A stretch of 64,000 nucleotides of DNA from Candidatus Dormiibacterota bacterium. Its GTDB lineage: Bacteria > Chloroflexota > Dormibacteria > Aeolococcales > Aeolococcaceae. The translations under genes and the position numbers were made by a program. The notes beneath the pieces were generated by a model, which was not told the origin of the DNA, did no database searches, and saw only the letters and a list, made by a program, of their open reading frames with translations. The DNA is taken from the NCBI GenBank assembly GCA_049582105.1, contig JBAUTG010000091.1:13903-77902 (forward strand), written 5' to 3'. Positions 58,123 to 64,000 of this stretch are shown here, piece after piece. Within the stretch, counting starts at the first letter, position 1; each line of letters begins with the position of its first letter.

Positions 58123-58962
58123 CTAGACCAGCTCGACAATGGCTTCGGTGTCACCGTGCTGCAGCGCTTCCTCGCGGCGGCCCGCCACCACAAGAATGCG
58201 ATCGTGCACGTGGATGACATCGACGTGGACACCATAGAGTTTGGTGAGCGATTCACTCGAGACGACCTCAGCGGTCGTCCCCGTCGCAATCCGCCCGTTG
58301 GCGACATACACGATGCGATCCATCACTGGCAGCAGTGGGTTCATGTCGTGCGTGCATATGAGTACCGCGATTCGCTGCTCTCTCGCGACTCGCGCCAGGA
58401 GATCGACGACCTCCTGCTCGCTGCCGATGTCCAGATTCGCGAGTGGTTCGTCGAGGAGTAGCAGGCGTGGATGGCTGATCAACGCGTGGGCGATGAGGAC
58501 CCGCTGCTGCTCACCCCCGGAGAGGGTGCCGACCCGCGAGTCGGCAAAACGCGCGGCGTCGACGGCTTCGAGCATCGCGTCGACCTGCTTGCGACGCGCT
58601 GACGAGGGCCACGGCAGTCCGAATCGTTGTCCGTCGATGCCGAGCCCGACGAGGTCACGCGCTCGCAGCGGCATGTCCGGATCGAGGGTGATTCGCTGTG
58701 GCACGTATCCGATGAGCGGATGCCGCCGTGATCCGCTCTCGACGCGCACCGTGCCGACGCTCGGCGCGATGAGCCCGAGGATGACCCGAAGCAGTGTCGT
58801 CTTGCCGGCGCCGTTCGAGCCGATCAGTCCGGTGAACTCACCGGCGTTGATATGGAAGGTGACGTCGTGGAGAATCTCGCGACCGGAGAGGGTGACGCTG
58901 ATGCCGTCAACCGCAAGGATTTCGTCCGAGTCGATGGCGACGCGTTCCTCCACAACAACTAC
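58123..58962 (-). CDS. Metal ABC transporter ATP-binding protein (ZnuC-like)
   Basis: Walker A GSNGAGKTT, signature SGGEQQRV, Walker B LLLLDEP. The start is approximate. Confidence 0.7.
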   Translation of the reverse strand, partial: VVVVEERVAIDSDEILAVDGISVTLSGREILHDVTFHINAGEFTGLIGSNGAGKTTLLRVILGLIAPSVGTVRVESGSRRHPLIGYVPQRITLDPDMPLRARDLVGLGIDGQRFGLPWPSSARRKQVDAMLEAVDAARFADSRVGTLSGGEQQRVLIAHALISHPRLLLLDEPLANLDIGSEQEVVDLLARVAREQRIAVLICTHDMNPLLPVMDRIVYVANGRIATGTTAEVVSSESLTKLYGVHVDVIHVHDRILVVAGRREEALQHGDTEAIVELV

Positions 58963-59900
58963 AGGCTTTGTGTCGAGGTACCGTCTGCGACCGCTTTCTG
59001 CAGCGCGGTGACCTCGGCGAGCATCCACGACTGGTAGGTGAAGCCTGGGGTTGGCATCGTTTCGTAGACACCGATGACGGGGATGTTCGCGGAGTGCGCT
59101 GCGCTGATAAAGCTCTGCGTCAGGGTATCGGTCACCTGCTGGTTGTAGACGAACACCTTGACCTTGTGCTCGGTGAAGAGACTCGTCTGCAGCGAAATAT
59201 CCTGGGGTGATGGGTCGACCCCGTTCATGATGTCGGCCTGAAACCGGAACGGCGTGAGGTCGTCTGCACCCGCAGCCGCGAGCATGTAGTCCGCGACGGG
59301 TTCGGTGGTGGCCACCGGCGTCCCTGCGTACTGTGCCTTGAAGTCTGCGATCGCCCGCAGCCATGGATTGAGCGACGCGATGAACGTCGCCGCGTTTTGG
59401 CTGAAATATGCGGCGTCAGCAGGCTTCAGAGCCGCGTAATCGGCAGCCAGGGCGTTGGCCACCTTCGGCATCGTCGTCGGGTCATACCACAGATGCGGGT
59501 TCGGTGTGCTGTCGGCAAGCCCGAGGAGGTGCTGCACGTTGATGACCTTGCGAGACTGGCTCGGCGAAGCGGATTCGAGCTTGGTCATGTAAACGTCGTA
59601 GCCGACGCCGTTTTGGATGACCAGCTGGGCCGCACTGACGTCCTCGGCAACGCTTGGGCTGACCTCGTACGTGTGTGGATCGGTGTTCGGGTTGCTCTCA
59701 ATCGAGGTAACCGAAACATCCTTCCCGCCGATCTGCGCGGCCACGTTGCCGTATTCATTCTCGGCAGCCACGACCGCGATCGTGCCAGGCGCTGGCTGGC
59801 CTGCCATGGGCCCGCATCCGCTGATCAGCGCGCTGCAAAGGGCCCCCGCCGCCGTCATCCGGGCCACCTGCACAGCACCGCGAGGCCTTGAACGTGTCAT
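58959..59900 (-). CDS. Metal ABC transporter substrate-binding lipoprotein (ZnuA/TroA-like)
   Basis: Signal peptide with lipobox ISGCG and a cluster-9 solute-binding fold. ATG at 59898-59900. The long upstream ORF is rejected. Confidence 0.7.
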   Translation of the reverse strand: MTRSRPRGAVQVARMTAAGALCSALISGCGPMAGQPAPGTIAVVAAENEYGNVAAQIGGKDVSVTSIESNPNTDPHTYEVSPSVAEDVSAAQLVIQNGVGYDVYMTKLESASPSQSRKVINVQHLLGLADSTPNPHLWYDPTTMPKVANALAADYAALKPADAAYFSQNAATFIASLNPWLRAIADFKAQYAGTPVATTEPVADYMLAAAGADDLTPFRFQADIMNGVDPSPQDISLQTSLFTEHKVKVFVYNQQVTDTLTQSFISAAHSANIPVIGVYETMPTPGFTYQSWMLAEVTALQKAVADGTSTQSL

Positions 59901-59947
59901 GAGACCGGAGTCTACATGAAACTCAGTCTCGTATAGGTCGTGACATC

Positions 59948-60676
59948 TCAACTCGGGTTCGTGAAGGTCTCCACCGCCGTGGCGAGATCGACCCTTCCCT
60001 CGTACAGAGCGCGGCCGACGAGCACGCCGGATGCCCCGGCTGTGGCGCATGCGGCGATATCCTCGAGGCTCCCGATCCCACCAGCGACGATCACCGGCCC
60101 CGCGTACAGGTCGCGACAGATCTGAACGCCGTCGAGGTTGGGGCCGTTGAGCTGCCCGTCGCGCGTGGTGTCCGTGTAGACGAGACCGGCGGCGCGCCAG
60201 TGCCTCCACCGCCGCAGCAACTCCGTCGCCGCAAGCCCGTCCTCCGTCCATCCGTGGATGCGCGAGATCCCGGCGCGGACGTCGAGGCCGAGGAGCACGC
60301 GGCCGCCGGCGGCCTCGCAGATCCTCACGGCGAGCTCCGGCTCTCGCGCCGCGACGCTCCCGAGGACGACCAGCGACACGCCGCTTTCCAGCCAGCGCAA
60401 GGCAGTGTCGACGGTGCGGACGCCGCCGCCGACCTGCACCGCGCAACCCGATGCAACGCACGCGTTCACGATCCGCGCGACCGCGGCGGCGCTTTCCGAT
60501 GCAGGAAGGCCCCGGGCAGCGTCCAGGTCGACGACGTGCAGCCGTGCTGCGCCGGCGTCGATGAATCCCCGGGCGAGGACCGCGGGGTCGCGCGCGGAGA
60601 CGGTGGGCCGCGCGTACTCGCTCTGTGCAACCCGAACGCACCGGCCCCCCTGCACATCGATCGTTGGGATCACGAT
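59948..60676 (-). CDS. hisA: Phosphoribosyl isomerase HisA/PriA
   Basis: (beta/alpha)8 HisA fold (IPTIDVQGGRCVR, VQVGGGVR, GGIGSLEDI motifs). Confidence 0.75.
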   Translation of the reverse strand: MVIPTIDVQGGRCVRVAQSEYARPTVSARDPAVLARGFIDAGAARLHVVDLDAARGLPASESAAAVARIVNACVASGCAVQVGGGVRTVDTALRWLESGVSLVVLGSVAAREPELAVRICEAAGGRVLLGLDVRAGISRIHGWTEDGLAATELLRRWRHWRAAGLVYTDTTRDGQLNGPNLDGVQICRDLYAGPVIVAGGIGSLEDIAACATAGASGVLVGRALYEGRVDLATAVETFTNPS

Positions 60677-60765
60677 CATTCGCTCACCCTTCCGGTCGAC
60701 CGTCAACCCCGTGGCGCACCGCGTCGAGGCCCGTCATGCGGGGATTTTACGGGTCCCGTCGCGAT

Positions 60766-61536
60766 TTATCGGTCGGGCACGCTCATCAACGCGACGAGGT
60801 CGGCATGCAGCAGTCCATTGGTGGTGATCACGGTGCCCGTGTCGATCCGGTCCTCGCCGTCGAAGTCGCTGAAACGGCCGCCGGCCTCGGTGACGATGAC
60901 CTGCGCCGCCGCGACGTCCCAGGGGTGCACCCATGCCTCGACGGCGACGTCGATGACCCCTTCGGCGACGAGCATGTGCGACCAGAAGTCGCCGAAGGCG
61001 CGCACCACCCGCGCCCGTTGCAGCACCTGACGGAAACCCGCCTCGCCGCGCCGCCTCGCGAAGTCACGGACGTCGGTGCACGAGACGTATGCGTCGTCGA
61101 GCGACGCGGTCCGCGACACGTGGATCCGCCGCCGCGTGTCGGTGAACGCGCCCTGACCGGTCGCCGCCCACCAGCGCCTGCCGAGCGCCGCGGCGGAGAC
61201 CACGCCGCAGACTGCGCGCTCGCCTCGCATGAGCGCGATCAACGTCGCCCAGACCGGGACCCCGTTCGCATAGTTGAGCGTGCCGTCGATGGGATCGAGC
61301 AACCATCGCCACTCCGCGTTCTCGTCACCGCCGTACTCCTCGCCCACGATCTGCTGATTGGGGCGCATGCGCGCGAGCGCTTCGCGAAGCGCCTCCTCGG
61401 TCGCCCTGTCGGCGTCGGTCACCGGCGTGTTGTCGGACTTCGTATCAACGCGGAGATCGGACGCTCGGAAACGCGCCGTGGTGATGGCGTCTGCGATGTC
61501 CGCGAGCTCGAGGGCGACTTCCAGGTGCGATTGCAT
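60766..61536 (-). CDS. Inositol-monophosphatase family protein, probable histidinol-phosphatase HisN
   Basis: IMPase motifs DPIDGT and WDVAA. Adjacent to hisA, as in the actinobacterial hisN arrangement. Confidence 0.6.
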   Translation of the reverse strand: MQSHLEVALELADIADAITTARFRASDLRVDTKSDNTPVTDADRATEEALREALARMRPNQQIVGEEYGGDENAEWRWLLDPIDGTLNYANGVPVWATLIALMRGERAVCGVVSAAALGRRWWAATGQGAFTDTRRRIHVSRTASLDDAYVSCTDVRDFARRRGEAGFRQVLQRARVVRAFGDFWSHMLVAEGVIDVAVEAWVHPWDVAAAQVIVTEAGGRFSDFDGEDRIDTGTVITTNGLLHADLVALMSVPDR

Positions 61537-61600
61537 GGCCGGTCACGTAGTTTCGCGATCGAGACGCTCGTCCTGCTCACCTTCCATACCATGGACGTCG

Positions 61601-62299
61601 ATGACTGACCTCGACATCCAGGAGCCGGTCCCCGCCAGCACCGTCGCGCTGCTGCGCGATGTCGACGATGGCGTCGAGGTCTGCATGCTCCGGCGTCCTG
61701 GGCGCAGCAGCTTCGCCGCCGGAGCGTTCGTCTTTCCCGGCGGAGCCGTGGACGAGGCGGACGGCATCGGTCCTGCGGCGTACAGGATGGCCGGGGTTCG
61801 CGAGGTCCTCGAGGAGGTCGGCCTGCTCATCGGCGGGCCGGCGCCTGGCGCAGGCGATGACCACCTCGAACAGCGCATCGACGCGGCGCGCGCGGCGGTC
61901 CTCGCCGGCGGCGACTTCATGGACACCCTGCACGACCACGGCCTCGCCGTGACCCCGGAACAGCTCGTCTACATCGCGCACTTCATCACCCCGCCACGAG
62001 AAGGACGCCGCTACGACACCCGATTCTTCGGATTCCGCGCCGGGCCGCTGCAGGACATCCGCGTGCATGCTGCCGAGGCGGTCGAGGGTGGCTGGCACCG
62101 TCCCGAGGCGATGTTGCCCCTGCGCTTCCCGGCGATCATGCCGCCAACCCGGATGATGTGCCACGAATTCGCGCGGCTGGGATCTGTCGCCGCGATCCTC
62201 GACACGCTGTCTGCGCAGCCGATCGAGGTGACGGACATCACCCCGGAGATCATCGCCGCGTGGATGGCGCTCGAGCACGAGCCCGCTGATCAGGCATGA
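61601..62299 (+). CDS. NUDIX hydrolase
   Basis: Nudix box GGAVDEADG...REVLEEVGL. Internal ATG start (MTDLDIQ). Confidence 0.6.
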   Translation: MTDLDIQEPVPASTVALLRDVDDGVEVCMLRRPGRSSFAAGAFVFPGGAVDEADGIGPAAYRMAGVREVLEEVGLLIGGPAPGAGDDHLEQRIDAARAAVLAGGDFMDTLHDHGLAVTPEQLVYIAHFITPPREGRRYDTRFFGFRAGPLQDIRVHAAEAVEGGWHRPEAMLPLRFPAIMPPTRMMCHEFARLGSVAAILDTLSAQPIEVTDITPEIIAAWMALEHEPADQA

Positions 62300-63114
62300 C
62301 CGACACGACGCGCGTGCTCGCGCCGAACCCATCCGTGTTCACCGGGCCGGGCACCAACACCTATCTCGTCGGCGGCGACAGTGAGGTCATCTGCATCGAC
62401 CCGGGACCTGACGACGACGCGCATCTCGAGGCGATCCTTGCCGCCGCGGCAGCGCGCGGTGCACGCATCACCTCGATCGTCCTGACGCACTCGCACCCGG
62501 ACCACCGCCCGCTCGCCGCACGGCTGGCTGCGAGGACCGGCGCGACGGTGCACTGCTTCGACCCGGCTGCCGGTGATGAGCACGCGCAATTGATGGCCGA
62601 CGGCGACGTGGTGCGTGCCGGCGGTATGTCGCTCGTCGCCGTGCACACGCCGGGACACACGCGCGACCATCTCTGCTTTCACGACGCGGCGTCGCGGACG
62701 CTGTACACGGGCGACCACATCCTCAGCGGCACGACCACCGTCATCCACCCGGGTGAAGGCGACATGGCGGACTACATGGACTCGCTGCGCCGCGTGCGTG
62801 ACCTCTCCCCGGCGACGATCTACCCGGGGCACGGCGCGCGAGTCGATGACGCAGCCGCCGTGATCGACGAATACATCAGCCACCGCGTTGCGCGCGAAAC
62901 GCAGGTCCTCGACGCCGCACGGCGTCACCGCGGGCCGTTCGTTCCGATGGACCTCGTGCCCACGCTCTACGAGGGCTATCCGGTCGAGGTGTATCCGCTG
63001 GCTGCATGGACGGTGCAGGCGCACCTCGACAAGCTGGTCGCCGAACAGAAGGTCGACCGGGTTGGTCGCGACTCCGATGAGGGCGGCACGCGCTACGTCG
63101 CGCGTCCCGAGTAG
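62296..63114 (+). CDS. MBL-fold metallo-hydrolase
   Basis: LTHSHPDH motif, HTPGHT and downstream His/Asp. ATGA coupling to the NUDIX gene. Confidence 0.7.
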   Translation: MTDTTRVLAPNPSVFTGPGTNTYLVGGDSEVICIDPGPDDDAHLEAILAAAAARGARITSIVLTHSHPDHRPLAARLAARTGATVHCFDPAAGDEHAQLMADGDVVRAGGMSLVAVHTPGHTRDHLCFHDAASRTLYTGDHILSGTTTVIHPGEGDMADYMDSLRRVRDLSPATIYPGHGARVDDAAAVIDEYISHRVARETQVLDAARRHRGPFVPMDLVPTLYEGYPVEVYPLAAWTVQAHLDKLVAEQKVDRVGRDSDEGGTRYVARPE

Positions 63115-63120
63115 CCCGGT

Positions 63121-64000
63121 TCAGCGCCTCCGGAGCTTGCCGAGCGCATTGCGATCGAGGTCGTCGACGATGATCAGCTCACGCGGCAGCTTGTGACGCG
63201 CGATCGACTCCCCGGCGTGGGCGTTCAGCGACTCGAGTGACGGTGGGGCGCCACGCCTTCGTGGCACGACACGTGCAACGACCCGCTGTCCCCACTCGCC
63301 GTCGGGGCTCGCCGACACCATCACCGCCGCGACCTCGGGGTGTTGCGAGAGCGCTGCCTCGACCTCGGCCGGCCAGATCTTCTCGCCGCCACTGACGATG
63401 ACGTCGGCGAGCTTGCCTCTGACATGGACAATCCCGTCCGATCGAACGTCGCCACCGTCACCGGTGTGCAACCAACCGTCTGCGTCGAACACCGCAGCGG
63501 TCGCCTCAGGATCGAGCCTGTAGCCGCGCATCAGTGTCGGTCCGCGAACCAGCAGCTCTCCGTCGGTCGATGCGCGGACCTCCACGCCAGCGAGCGGCCG
63601 CCCGGCGTACACGACACCGCCGCAGGTCTCCGTCATGCCGTATGTCTGCACGACGGGTGCGCCGGCCGCGGCGGCGGCACGCGCCAGCGCCGCATCCATG
63701 CCGGAGCCGCCGACAAGGATCGCGCGAAAGTGGCGAAGGTCCGCTCCCCCATCGAGCAGGCGGACGAGCTGCGTTGGGACGATCGACGTGAACCTCGCGT
63801 CCGGAACACCCGCGATGGCCGACGGGGTCAGCCGGCTGCGGAAGGTGATCGGTGCGCCGAGTATCAGGTGCCGGAAGACGACGAGCATGCCGCCGATGTG
63901 TGCCAGCGGCAGGGCTGCGATCCACCTGCGCCTCGAGTCGGCGCCGATCACCGATGACGACGCGCGGATCGCGGCTGCGACGGCGCTGTGCGGCAGCTCG
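63121..64000 (-). CDS. AMP-dependent synthetase/ligase (acyl-CoA synthetase-like), C-terminal part; continues beyond window
   Basis: C-terminal adenylate-forming motifs (YGMTET, conserved DGWLHTGD, GRxxD/K, terminal GK). The N-terminus lies past position 64000. Confidence 0.7.
   Translation of the reverse strand, partial: ELPHSAVAAAIRASSSVIGADSRRRWIAALPLAHIGGMLVVFRHLILGAPITFRSRLTPSAIAGVPDARFTSIVPTQLVRLLDGGADLRHFRAILVGGSGMDAALARAAAAAGAPVVQTYGMTETCGGVVYAGRPLAGVEVRASTDGELLVRGPTLMRGYRLDPEATAAVFDADGWLHTGDGGDVRSDGIVHVRGKLADVIVSGGEKIWPAEVEAALSQHPEVAAVMVSASPDGEWGQRVVARVVPRRRGAPPSLESLNAHAGESIARHKLPRELIIVDDLDRNALGKLRRR

Noticed and set aside
1-64000. Searched for CRISPR arrays, rRNA genes, insertion-sequence transposases, integrases and phage genes
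   Set aside because: No regularly spaced direct repeats with unique spacers were seen. No transposase/integrase-like translations appeared in the ORF track. No rRNA-like conserved stretches were found. tRNA genes could not be reliably assessed by eye and should be checked with tRNAscan-SE.

Overview
This is a high-GC (~70%) actinobacterial chromosomal segment, gene-dense and mostly housekeeping. Positions 50-19,400 carry a minus-strand division/cell-wall (dcw) cluster in the order mraZ-rsmH-ftsL-ftsI-mraY-murD-ftsW-murG-murC-murB-ddl-(alpha/beta hydrolase)-(murF-like)-ftsQ ... ftsA. The organisation is non-canonical: murE/murF are absent between ftsI and mraY, a membrane-anchored MurF-like ligase sits after ddl, and a divergent oxidoreductase/metF pair separates ftsQ from ftsA. 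Downstream are an RNase P RNA gene (rnpB), a conserved trpD-Zn-ribbon-rnhA-DUF1028 operon, lon, a PLD-like/DUF1003/NrtR-like cluster, a thiol-redox operon (DinB-like / TlpA-like / glutaredoxin-thioredoxin-reductase fusion), PadR plus an ABC-2 exporter, and an orphan response regulator. The remainder carries a 1,156-aa RecB-like-nuclease/RNase-H-like/SF1B-helicase protein, a WYL regulator translationally coupled to msrB-recQ, msrA, a metal ABC importer, hisA/hisN-like genes and several NUDIX and MBL hydrolases. I saw no CRISPR array, rRNA or obvious mobile element. tRNAs could not be assessed by eye. Many long antisense ORFs in the six-frame track are high-GC artefacts. All calls rest on motif recognition in the supplied translations and on gene order.
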